From: Candidatus Lloydbacteria bacterium RIFCSPHIGHO2_02_FULL_50_18
GTDB taxonomy: Bacteria; Patescibacteriota; Minisyncoccia; Phycocordibacterales; UBA6899
Assembly (NCBI GenBank): GCA_001821395.1
Contig: MHLM01000012.1
Location: forward strand, 1 to 64,000
Direction of reading: 5' to 3'
DNA: 64,000 bases
This document shows, in pieces, positions 28,056-36,079 of this stretch. The notes beneath the pieces were generated by a model. The model did not search any database. It had not been told where the DNA came from and worked only from the letters and a program-made list of their open reading frames with translations. The translations under genes were made by a program, and so were the position numbers. Positions within the stretch are counted from its first letter, which is position 1; each line of letters opens with the position of its first letter.

Positions 28056-28823
28056 ATGTATTACGTTTCATGGAATGTGAATGGACTTCGTGCAGCAGCA
28101 AAGAAGGGATTTTTGGATTGGCTGTATGAAACGCAGCCCGATGTACTCGGGTTGCAGGAAACAAAAGTAGAAGCGGAGCAGTTGCCTGAAGAAGTGCGCA
28201 GTCCAAAGGGGTATTTTGCTTACTTCACGCATTCAAAAGGGCGGAAGGGTTACAGTGGTGTCGCCTTGTACTCAAGGACAAAGCCCGACAAGGTAGAATA
28301 CGGTATAGGAATTAAGCGCTTTGACGACGAAGGACGGATCATTATCGGACATTATGGAGATCTTGTCCTTTTGAATGTCTATTTCCCGAACGGAGGTGGG
28401 GGGCCAGAGCGCCTCAAGTATAAACTCGATTTTTATGATGCTTTCTTGCTGCATATAGAAAAGCTGCGGAAACAAGGGAAAAAGGTCATGGTCTGCGGGG
28501 ACGTCAATACGGCACATGAGGAGATTGACCTGGCGCGACCGAAAGAGAATGAGAACAACACGGGATTCCTTCCGGAAGAACGCGCGTGGATCGACGAGCT
28601 TGTGTATCACGGCTATGTTGATACGTTTCGTTATTTTCATCCGAACAAAGAAGGTGCGTATAGTTTTTGGGATATGAAGACACATGCTCGAGAGCGCAAT
28701 GTTGGATGGAGGATCGATTATTTTTTTGTTGTACCTGATCTTGTCAGCAAACTTAAGTCGGCAGGTATCTCGGACCAGACGCCTGGCTCCGATCACTGTC
28801 CAGTATGGGTGGTTCTTAAATAA
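28056..28823 (+). CDS. xth: exodeoxyribonuclease III (AP endonuclease, ExoIII/APE1 family)
   Basis: MYYVSWNVNGLRA, LQETK, the GDVNTAHEEIDL region, and the C-terminal SDHCPVWVVLK. Confidence 0.85.
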   Translation: MYYVSWNVNGLRAAAKKGFLDWLYETQPDVLGLQETKVEAEQLPEEVRSPKGYFAYFTHSKGRKGYSGVALYSRTKPDKVEYGIGIKRFDDEGRIIIGHYGDLVLLNVYFPNGGGGPERLKYKLDFYDAFLLHIEKLRKQGKKVMVCGDVNTAHEEIDLARPKENENNTGFLPEERAWIDELVYHGYVDTFRYFHPNKEGAYSFWDMKTHARERNVGWRIDYFFVVPDLVSKLKSAGISDQTPGSDHCPVWVVLK

Positions 28824-28879
28824 TAAATAGAATAAAAAATCCGCACCAGAGTATGGTGCGGAGAAGTCTATGGTGGGAC

Positions 28880-29656
28880 TCATTGCTGGATCACGGGAAT
28901 GTAGTTTTTCGCCCAATGCGAGGTGTTGTACACACCGCGAGCAAGCGGAAGGGTGCGTTGAATCAACTCATAAACAGGTTTTGGTAGTGTGGCTCCAAAC
29001 ATGTCCCATAGTGTGATGATCGCAGTGGCAACCGCGAGCCGTTGTGTTTGCGGAAGCACCCTCTTTTCGGCGGAACTTGTCGTTCGTAACAGTTCTTCCG
29101 GCGAAAGCACGCGACGATCCCCGGTTTCTCCATTGTGTGCACGGTATGCACTGAGCCGATCATCAACGGAAGCAACGAAGTATGCATCAGCGCAGACCTT
29201 ACCGTTCATCATCTTGACCTCACTCGATCGATCTTCCGTTATTGTCCGGAGGCCGACGAGCTTGACTTCGTTAGGGTTAAGGTCGATACCTAATTCTTCC
29301 TTCACTTCACGGAGCAGGCAGTCGATTACGGACTCTTCTGCATCGACATCGCCTTCTTCACGAAATTCGCCGGAGTAGGGTTCGAGCCGCCCCCCGCCGA
29401 GCGTGTTATCACAGACGCCCGAACGCAGGTCTTCGCTGCAGACAATGCCATACTCGTCGCCAAGCGGCCCTCCGGGGAGTTCTCGTCCGATGAGGGTTAT
29501 GCGCGTCGAGGTGACGGAGTATTCCGTTGGGAGACCTTGGTCGTTGACTACCACGACAGAGTCTGAGGGGATTGCGCAGGCTTCCAGGCTGTTCGGATTG
29601 AAGAGGCGAGCGATTTGGTAACCGTCTCGCAAGAGAAAAGCGGTGTTCTTGTCCAC
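28880..29656 (-). CDS. NUDIX hydrolase
   Basis: Nudix box GGGRLEPYSGEFREEGDVDAEESVIDCLLREVKEELGI. Confidence 0.75.
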   Translation of the reverse strand: MDKNTAFLLRDGYQIARLFNPNSLEACAIPSDSVVVVNDQGLPTEYSVTSTRITLIGRELPGGPLGDEYGIVCSEDLRSGVCDNTLGGGRLEPYSGEFREEGDVDAEESVIDCLLREVKEELGIDLNPNEVKLVGLRTITEDRSSEVKMMNGKVCADAYFVASVDDRLSAYRAHNGETGDRRVLSPEELLRTTSSAEKRVLPQTQRLAVATAIITLWDMFGATLPKPVYELIQRTLPLARGVYNTSHWAKNYIPVIQQ

Positions 29657-29851
29657 GACGTACTCCTAAAAAAGTTGATGGTTGATGGCTCCAGAATTTG
29701 TAAGGTGCCTACTCTTCATACTACACAGATTGTGCGATTTGTCAATACATTGCCTGCGTGTTGAGGTCTGAAACACAAAGACCATAAAGTCCTGCGCTGC
29801 GAGTTGAGGTCGTGACGGCAGTGACGTTCTTTGTGAGCGCGCAAAGATCGC

Positions 29852-31339
29852 CTACTTCACTCCATATTTCTTGCGTATGGCACTCACCTCACCTTTTTCC
29901 TCCGCTTCTTTTTTCTCCTTACCCGCTTCTCCGAGTTGCTCAAGCTCCCTTCTCGGAAGCGTGTAGAGTGCTATCGCTCGTTGTTTAAGATAGTCAGCCG
30001 TGTTCTTTTCGGGATTATCAAGCACTTCATTGAAGAGTGCATGAAGTATCCATCCTATTTCCCGCCCCGGCTTCAAGTTGGCTGCGCTCATTATTCCCGC
30101 ACCATCGATTTTCAGCATACCCACCGATACCGGTGCACGCATTGCTTCCTCGATCATTGAATGATATTTGCGTAGTCGATAGGGGGTTTCTTTCGGACGC
30201 CCCATTCCGATACGGTCGCAGGCACGCACGTTCATGAGATCCCACACAAGTTCGGGTCCCACATGCGCAACGATGCGTCGTACTGCAGAGAGCGTAATCT
30301 TCTCAATATCGGAAAAAAATAAATGATAACGCACTAGCGTCGAGACGTCATGAATGAATTGCTTCGGAAAACGCAAGCGTTCAAGAATTTTTGCCGCCAT
30401 GCGCCCTCCGACGACATCGTGCCCGTAGAACGTCCAATCTTTCTTTTCGTCCGACCACTTACGCGTGTGGGGCTTCCCAACATCATGGAGTAACGCCGCG
30501 ATGCGCACGTGGAGCGGCCATCCCCTTTCTTTTGCATGCTGCAGAGCGCGCAGGTTATGTTCCCACACTTCATAGATGTGGTCGCCATTTTGCTCGCATC
30601 CAATGCCTGCCTCGAGTTCCGGTGCGATATATTTGAGTACCCCCGTTCTATTGAGCAGAACGATACCCTCCATGGGGCGATCCGACATGATGATCTTGAT
30701 GAACTCGTCACGAATGCGTTCCCCCGCGATGTGTTCAAGTCGGTGCGTAAATTTTACGACCGCATCCATGGTCTCTTTCTCGATGGCAAAGCCGAGCTCT
30801 GCGCCAAAGCGCACCGCGCGCAGTATGCGCAACGCGTCCTCGTGAAAACGATCTTCCGGCGCACCTACGGTTTTTATCAAATGGCGTTCGATGTCTTCTT
30901 CCCCTCCGTAGGGATCGATGATCATTCCTTGTGAAACATTGTACGCGATAGCATTCATGGTGAAATCGCGACGCTGTAGATCATCAGTAAGACTGCCGGA
31001 GAATGCAATCTCATCAGGATGGCGAAAGTTTGAATAGGCGCTTTCTTTGCGATATGGGGTCACTTCGACGATGCGCATGCTTCCCCGCTCCGCATCGTCT
31101 TCTGCGATGTCTTCATTGACGACGCCCACTGTTCCGTAATCATTCTCATAAAATGTTTTTGGGAAAAGTGCGATGATCTCTTCCGGCTTCGCGTTCGTTG
31201 TGACATCCCAATCCTTTGGCTTGACCCCTCGGTAAAGATCACGAACGCAACCACCTACGAGATATGCTTCATAGCCGGCTGCTTCGAGCGTTTTATTGAC
31301 CTGTGATATTTCGGGTGGAATAGTAAAGTGTTTCTGCAT
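29852..31339 (-). CDS. cca: CCA-adding tRNA nucleotidyltransferase with HD domain
   Basis: LVGGCVRDLYRGVKPKDWDVTT polymerase-beta-like head. HD motif LLHDVGKP. 495 aa. Confidence 0.85.
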   Translation of the reverse strand: MQKHFTIPPEISQVNKTLEAAGYEAYLVGGCVRDLYRGVKPKDWDVTTNAKPEEIIALFPKTFYENDYGTVGVVNEDIAEDDAERGSMRIVEVTPYRKESAYSNFRHPDEIAFSGSLTDDLQRRDFTMNAIAYNVSQGMIIDPYGGEEDIERHLIKTVGAPEDRFHEDALRILRAVRFGAELGFAIEKETMDAVVKFTHRLEHIAGERIRDEFIKIIMSDRPMEGIVLLNRTGVLKYIAPELEAGIGCEQNGDHIYEVWEHNLRALQHAKERGWPLHVRIAALLHDVGKPHTRKWSDEKKDWTFYGHDVVGGRMAAKILERLRFPKQFIHDVSTLVRYHLFFSDIEKITLSAVRRIVAHVGPELVWDLMNVRACDRIGMGRPKETPYRLRKYHSMIEEAMRAPVSVGMLKIDGAGIMSAANLKPGREIGWILHALFNEVLDNPEKNTADYLKQRAIALYTLPRRELEQLGEAGKEKKEAEEKGEVSAIRKKYGVK

Positions 31340-31389
31340 GACTCTATTATATAGGATTCACAATTATTGGAATGGTTGGATTCACGAAA

Positions 31390-31503
31390 GAAATATTCGC
31401 CAGGAATTTCGACCCCTACTGGGTCAGTACCTCATTCCCATTTTTCAGATTAAGAAATCTTCAAAAACATGGTAATGGGCTTCGAATCCTGTCGAAGCTG
31501 AAG
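31390..31503 (-). repeat. tRNA-3'-associated structured element (Arg copy) plus degenerate duplicate of the tRNA-Arg 3' end
   Basis: Read on the minus strand: GGATTCGAAGCCC...TTTTTGAAGATTTCTTAATCTGAAAAATGGGAATGAGGTACTGACCCAGTAGGGGTCGAAATTCCTGGCG. It is homologous to the elements at 32048-32150 and 35191-35302. Confidence 0.5.
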
Positions 31504-31543
31504 CAGTTCAGCTTCTCGGGAGCACAACTCGCTTCGCTCTTTG

Positions 31544-31615
31544 TGCTCCCGCCAGGATTCGAACCTGGAATAACTGCTTCGAAGGCAGTCGTGATATCCA
31601 TTTCACTACGAGAGC
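31544..31615 (-). tRNA. tRNA-Arg (anticodon TCG)
   Basis: Manual cloverleaf: acceptor GCTCTCG/CGGGAGC, D-stem GTGA/TCAC, anticodon stem ACTGC/GCAGT with loop CTTCGAA, T-arm CCAGG-TTCGAAT-CCTGG. Confidence 0.85.
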
Positions 31616-31731
31616 GTACTTTGTATTAAAGCAGATGATCAATGATAAAGCACGGCCAATAGAGATGAAGCGCTTGAAGGATGTATCCCTGTTTGCCATT
31701 TTCGTGTGAATTCGTTAGTATTGGTCCACAA

Positions 31732-31805
31732 GCGGGTATGGTTTAGTGGTAGAATACGTCCTTGCCAAGGATGAGACGGGAGTTCGATTCTCCCTACCCG
31801 CACCA
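31732..31805 (+). tRNA. tRNA-Gly (anticodon GCC), CCA encoded
   Basis: Acceptor GCGGGTA/TACCCGC, anticodon loop TTGCCAA, T-arm GGGAG-TTCGATT-CTCCC, 3' ACCA. Confidence 0.9.
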
Positions 31806-31828
31806 GGGTTGAGTGAAGCGGAAGTTAG

Positions 31829-31888
31829 CAAATCGTGAAATAGCAAAAATAACGAGATATCTCGTTATTTTTGCTATTTCACGATTTG
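31829..31888. repeat. 60-bp perfect palindrome immediately downstream of tRNA-Gly
   Basis: CAAATCGTGAAATAGCAAAAATAACGAGAT|ATCTCGTTATTTTTGCTATTTCACGATTTG has exact dyad symmetry. Confidence 0.7.
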
Positions 31889-32047
31889 TAACGATTTCCA
31901 TTTCCGAAAATCGCCGTGCGAGGAAAACTCTGCTTACCCGCATTAATTTTGCACTGTGCATGGTTTAAGGAAAGAAATCGTTCCGCCTCACTCAACTCTG
32001 TTGTTTCATATGCAAGCCTGTTTGGAAGTGTTTTGCCCCACTTCCGT

Positions 32048-32150
32048 GGGAGAATCGAAGCCTTTTCCCTTATTTTTGAAGGATTCATATCCTGAAAAAA
32101 TGGGAAATGGGCACTGAAACTGTAAGTTTCGATTCTCCCTACCCGCACTA
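32048..32150 (+). repeat. tRNA-3'-associated structured element (Gly copy) followed by a duplicate of the tRNA-Gly 3' end (att-like)
   Basis: GGGAGAATCGAAGCC...TTTTTGAAGGATTCATATCCTGAAAAAATGGGAAATGGGCACTGAAACTGTAAG, then TTTCGATTCTCCCTACCCGCACTA (compare the tRNA 3' end TTCGATTCTCCCTACCCGCACCA). Confidence 0.55.
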
Positions 32151-32310
32151 GGAACGAGCGTGATAAAAGGCCCTTCATAGGGCTTTTTATCACCGAGTGA
32201 CGACGTGCGGGAGGCTTTGCCTACGCGCACTAGGATGAACAACGAGCGTGATAAAAGGCCCTTCATAGGGCTTTTTATCACCGAGTGACGACGTGCGGGA
32301 GGCTTTGCCT
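32144..32310. repeat. tandem direct repeat (2 units of about 85 bp), each unit carrying a bidirectional terminator-like hairpin
   Basis: The unit CGCACTAGGA(TGAAC)AACGAGCGTGATAAAAGGCCCTTCATAGGGCTTTTTATCACCGAGTGACGACGTGCGGGAGGCTTTGCCTAC occurs twice. The hairpin is AAAAGGCCC-TTCAT-AGGGCTTTTT. Confidence 0.6.
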
Positions 32311-32496
32311 ACTCAGCAGTCATTTTTGATCAACTTGAGCTTTTGGTGTGCTGCTCACAAAGAATATACGTTTTTTATGAAATACAGGTAAATGCAAAGC
32401 ATTTTCTCCTTAAAAAATTAAACGTCGGCAATAAAATATTTTTTCTGAAATTCGTCAATAATTCCTAAAATATGTGATTTTAAGCATTTTTTGAAC

Positions 32497-32544
32497 TTAT
32501 CCACACCTGCTGTGCATAAAAACTGTGGATAAGTCTGTGGAAAG
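32497..32544. promoter_or_regulatory. cluster of DnaA boxes (three matches to TTATNCACA plus one 7/9) beside an AT-rich tract
   Basis: TTATCCACA at 32497-32505. TGTGCATAA at 32511-32519 and TGTGGATAA at 32524-32532 are reverse-complement boxes. TGTGGAAAG sits at 32536-32544. The stretch 32380-32490 is highly AT-rich. Confidence 0.5.
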
Positions 32545-32706
32545 TGGGTATAAAGGACATTATAATGACTTTTATTATGTCCTTTAGGAATTTGATTGAG
32601 GGCGGCGTTGTGCCGTTTCACGGAAAGCAAAGAATTAATGTTACTACGTAACAAATTAAGCAACAGTACAATATATCTGACTTGAATAACGTAAATTGGG
32701 TTTCAC

Positions 32707-33126
32707 ATGAAACTGAATAGTGAGAAACTTGAAAAAATGGGACAAATTACTGAAAAACAGCAAATAGGGAGGACCGGAGAGGATATTGCATGCTTGTTTC
32801 TCGTGAAACGTGGCTTTCAAATCGTTGAGCGTAATTTTTGGAAGAAGGTCGGTGAAATAGATATTATTTGCACAAAAGAGGAAAAATTTTACTTTGTTGA
32901 AGTAAAAACGATCGTAAAAAGAGGTGTTTCACGTGAAATGAGCGATAATTATCGTCCAGAAGATAATCTGCATGCTCAAAAGATCGTTCGACTTGGAAGA
33001 GCAATTGATATTTACCTTGAAGAGCAAAATATTGATGGTGATTGGGAAATACTTGGGGTCATGATAATTATTGACCCAAAGACTAAGATTGCAAAAGTGT
33101 CGCTTTTGGAAAATTTCGCCTGGTAG
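32707..33126 (+). CDS. YraN/UPF0102-family endonuclease
   Basis: GEDIACLFLVKRGFQIVERNFW...GEIDIICTKEEKFYFVEVKT matches the YraN signature. Confidence 0.7.
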   Translation: MKLNSEKLEKMGQITEKQQIGRTGEDIACLFLVKRGFQIVERNFWKKVGEIDIICTKEEKFYFVEVKTIVKRGVSREMSDNYRPEDNLHAQKIVRLGRAIDIYLEEQNIDGDWEILGVMIIIDPKTKIAKVSLLENFAW

Positions 33127-33403
33127 TCTTTTCACGTGAAACATAATGAACGAGAAGGATGACGGACCCAGGTCATAAGGTCGTTTTGTCTATTATGGGT
33201 GTTTCACGTGAAATCCTGCCTCAAATCTGTCTTGATCATCGCTTTGTTTTTGCGGTTTTATGTTTAGTGAAAGATAACTACAAAGTATAAATGAGCATAG
33301 CGCTGCTTGGGGATTACTCTTGAATTTTTTATGAGTATAATATGGAAAAGACAATCTTTATGAACAGGTTGCGTAGTTTAAAATTCTATGATATAATATT
33401 TCC

Positions 33404-33688
33404 ATGACTGATTCAAAACGCACCGAGTTGACACTGCATGCGATCGAGATCATTCACGGATCTCGTCTTTCAAGCGACGAGAAGATGATGCTTGAGGGGA
33501 GAATCCCGTTTATCTCTGATTCCATGCTTGAAATGTTTGTGCAGGTTTGCGATGAAGATCCGTTCGGCGTTGATGCAATCGTTAAAAATCTAAAGAAGAA
33601 ACTTGATGCAGGAGGGAATTTAAAACGATTGCATGAGATCGTAAAACAGGAGCGCAGGGAAATCGAAGATTCATTAGTCCTAGGATAA
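33404..33688 (+). CDS. hypothetical small protein
   Basis: 94-aa ORF, helical and charged, no motif. Confidence 0.45.
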   Translation: MTDSKRTELTLHAIEIIHGSRLSSDEKMMLEGRIPFISDSMLEMFVQVCDEDPFGVDAIVKNLKKKLDAGGNLKRLHEIVKQERREIEDSLVLG

Positions 33689-33698
33689 TAAATTTTAT

Positions 33699-34835
33699 AT
33701 GAGCGAGAAAATTCAGCAACAGGCAGAAGACGGAGAGGTGCAGCAAATTTCTTCCTTGACTGACATTGATTCAAGCACTAGGACGACAAGCACCGAGGAA
33801 GGTGATGGCGTTGTCACGGGTGATATCGGTACATCAGAAACGGTTTTTCCGCAGTTTGGTACCGTCGGAGATGTGGGAGAAACCTATGAATTGACGAGTA
33901 ATTTTTCCGAACTCGGTGATCCGATGCAAACTCTGGAACGATCACAACTACTTTGGGATGCACTTGCGCCGGAGGTTGTTGATCGACTCCTCGCAGATTC
34001 TCCGTTTAGCAGCGAGGAATTTTTGGCACTACCTGATGCAGATAAGAATGCCGCGCTTAATATCGTTGAAGATAGCGCAGTCGCTGCTGCCATGGCGCAG
34101 GAAGCCCCATCCGCCCGTGTCGCAGTGGTTTCATCAGAACTTACCCTAGCTGACGATCAGTCGATCGCGGCGAAGTCGATGAGGTGGGGTCGGTCTCTCG
34201 GTGCCGCATTAATAGTGGGGCTTGGCGCAACCCTTGCGCCGGGTGTTGCAAGTGCCGGTGGTCATGATGATAATATTTTCAAGTCATTTGGAGATAGCAT
34301 CGTGCATGGAGTTAAAAGAGATGTGCGTGAGGCGGGGAGAGATAGCGGCGCGGTGTTGGGAGGGGTTGTGCGCATCATCATCGATCGTTCGGTAAATCAG
34401 ACAGCAGTGCAAATACTTGGAGCGGCCGGAGTGCCGGCACAGCAGGCCCCGGAGGAAGTTGTTGTTGTGCCGAGAAGTGTTCCTGGCGCGTATGGCGGCG
34501 GATACGGAGGTCAATACGAAGTACGCGGACGGAGTGCCGGCGAATACGAAGCGCATGGATACGGCGGTCGCGGAATGGAGAGCAGTGAGCGTATTCGCAT
34601 AAAACAGGATATTAACCGTCTCGTGTCACAAGAGAGGGCACTCACAATTCAGGCGGAAAATTCACGGAGAACGGTAATGCAAACTTACGCTCAGTTGAGC
34701 GGGAGCAGAAATGACCTGAGTCTTCGGGCAAGATATGATGCAGAGCGGAGCCAGTACGAATATACCGTGGGAATGATTAGGACTCTCCGGGGTCAGATCG
34801 GCGACCTGAGCGGTAGACTCAGTCAGACGCCATAA
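33699..34835 (+). CDS. hypothetical protein, acidic N-terminal part, Gly/Tyr-rich segment and coiled-coil C-terminus
   Basis: 378 aa containing GAYGGGYGGQYEVRGRSAGEYEAHGYGGRG low-complexity and C-terminal heptad-like repeats. Confidence 0.5.
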   Translation: MSEKIQQQAEDGEVQQISSLTDIDSSTRTTSTEEGDGVVTGDIGTSETVFPQFGTVGDVGETYELTSNFSELGDPMQTLERSQLLWDALAPEVVDRLLADSPFSSEEFLALPDADKNAALNIVEDSAVAAAMAQEAPSARVAVVSSELTLADDQSIAAKSMRWGRSLGAALIVGLGATLAPGVASAGGHDDNIFKSFGDSIVHGVKRDVREAGRDSGAVLGGVVRIIIDRSVNQTAVQILGAAGVPAQQAPEEVVVVPRSVPGAYGGGYGGQYEVRGRSAGEYEAHGYGGRGMESSERIRIKQDINRLVSQERALTIQAENSRRTVMQTYAQLSGSRNDLSLRARYDAERSQYEYTVGMIRTLRGQIGDLSGRLSQTP

Positions 34836-34946
34836 GGTGTTGATCAGCGTCTGGTGAAAAACATCCCATATTCGATGGGGTGTTTTTATTATCGCAAACG
34901 AGATAGTTGCCCTAATTTGAATTTTAAGCTACTCTTGCGACACGAC

Positions 34947-34983
34947 CGAAGTATATCGGGGCGTGGTGTAATGGCTAACATGT
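34947..34983 (+). pseudogene. tRNA-Pro 5'-half pseudo-copy (degenerate duplicate upstream of the intact gene)
   Basis: CGGGGCGTGGTGTAATGGCTAACATGTCTGGTTTT is near-identical to the 5' half of tRNA-Pro at 35047. The anticodon loop is disrupted (TTTTCAGGATAGAGA) and the T-arm is missing. Confidence 0.5.
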
Positions 34984-35046
34984 CTGGTTTTCAGGATAGA
35001 GACCAGATGACAAGAGACAGCGTGACGTAGTGAGGAAGAAGTATAT

Positions 35047-35119
35047 CGGGGCGTGGTGTAACGGCTAACATGTCTGGTTTGGGACCAGATGACTCCGGGT
35101 TCGAATCCCGGCGCCCCGA
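35047..35119 (+). tRNA. tRNA-Pro (anticodon TGG)
   Basis: Acceptor CGGGGCG/CGCCCCG, anticodon stem TCTGG/CCAGA with loop TTTGGGA, T-arm CCGGG-TTCGAAT-CCCGG. Confidence 0.9.
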
Positions 35120-35163
35120 CTAAATAAAGAAAAGACCTTCAAGGAGGTCTTTTCTTTATTTAG
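35120..35163 (+). terminator. long AT-rich hairpin immediately 3' of tRNA-Pro
   Basis: CTAAATAAAGAAAAGACC-loop-GGTCTTTTCTTTATTTAG perfect 18-bp inverted repeat. Confidence 0.45.
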
Positions 35164-35190
35164 TCGAAGGCGCGAGGAGCACAGCTCCGA

Positions 35191-35302
35191 GAGGGATTCG
35201 AAGCCCTTCTCCCATATTTATGAAGGATTCTTATCCTGAGTAAATGGGAAAGGGGTACTGACGCAGTAGGCGTCGAAATTCCCGGCGCCCCGACTAAATA
35301 AA
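35191..35302 (+). repeat. tRNA-3'-associated structured element (Pro copy) followed by an exact duplicate of the tRNA-Pro 3' end plus 11 nt (att-like)
   Basis: GAGGGATTCGAAGCCCTTCTCCCATATTTATGAAGGATTCTTATCCTGAGTAAATGGGAAAGGGGTACTGACGCAGTAGGCG, then TCGAAATTCCCGGCGCCCCGACTAAATAAA. Confidence 0.55.
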
Positions 35303-35476
35303 AAAACTGCCTTTTGGCGGTTTTTTTATTAAATCTTCAAGATTGAAAATCACCTGCGGCGGTAAGGGTAGATCTCAGTTTTCAATGACTGAGAAGGCGT
35401 CATCGATAAAAAGTGTTTCACGTGGAACACCTGCGAGCTCGCAATGAATAACTTCTCACGATAGAATGAGTTTCTT

Positions 35477-36058
35477 GTGAAGAATCCCGAATACGAAGAA
35501 GGTGGACATGATGAAAAAAAAGACCTATTCCTTTTTGAGTTGGACGGGGATCTTTACGCTGTACCCGTTGAACTCGTCGATCGAGTAATGAAAATACCTC
35601 CGATCACTCCGATCCCCAATGCGCCGGCGGCAATTGTTGGTATCTTCCACTTGCGCGGAAAGGTCGTTTTGACCCTCGACCTCTCAAGTCGTATGGGTAT
35701 TTCCAGAATGAAGCCCTTAAGTCAAAACTTTCTTTTTGTCGTGCGGTATAAAAATGATCAGTTCGCCATTTTGATCGATACACCTAAGGTCATTGTACAC
35801 ATCCCAGCGAGCGAAATTCATCGTCCCGACTCCATTCTTACGGCCCGATTATCACCGCAATATGTCCAGGGAACCTTCATGTTTCAGGAGGTAACAAAAG
35901 TGAAAGTCCCTAATCATTCGATCTTCATCGAGCATATTGGTGGGGTTGACCGGAGGCCTGAAGAAATTCCACCATCACTTCGACCGGTACTCCTCCTTGA
36001 CCTTGAGCGAGTCCTTGACCAGGAGGATCTTCAGCACATGTTTATTTCACAGGAGTAA
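35477..36058 (+). CDS. cheW: chemotaxis coupling protein CheW
   Basis: CheW-like domain LFLFELDGDLYAVPVELVDRVMKIPPITPIPNAPAAIVGIFHLRGKVVLTLDL. Confidence 0.8.
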   Translation: MKNPEYEEGGHDEKKDLFLFELDGDLYAVPVELVDRVMKIPPITPIPNAPAAIVGIFHLRGKVVLTLDLSSRMGISRMKPLSQNFLFVVRYKNDQFAILIDTPKVIVHIPASEIHRPDSILTARLSPQYVQGTFMFQEVTKVKVPNHSIFIEHIGGVDRRPEEIPPSLRPVLLLDLERVLDQEDLQHMFISQE

Positions 36059-36079
36059 AGTCTATGGTACAATTTTAGT

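Noticed and set aside
31879-32281. Two overlapping ORFs (31879-32193, 32006-32281), both starting MIKSPMKGLLSRS
   Set aside because: Generated by the tandem 85-bp repeat and the att-like duplication. No ribosome-binding site, and they overlap the terminator hairpins.
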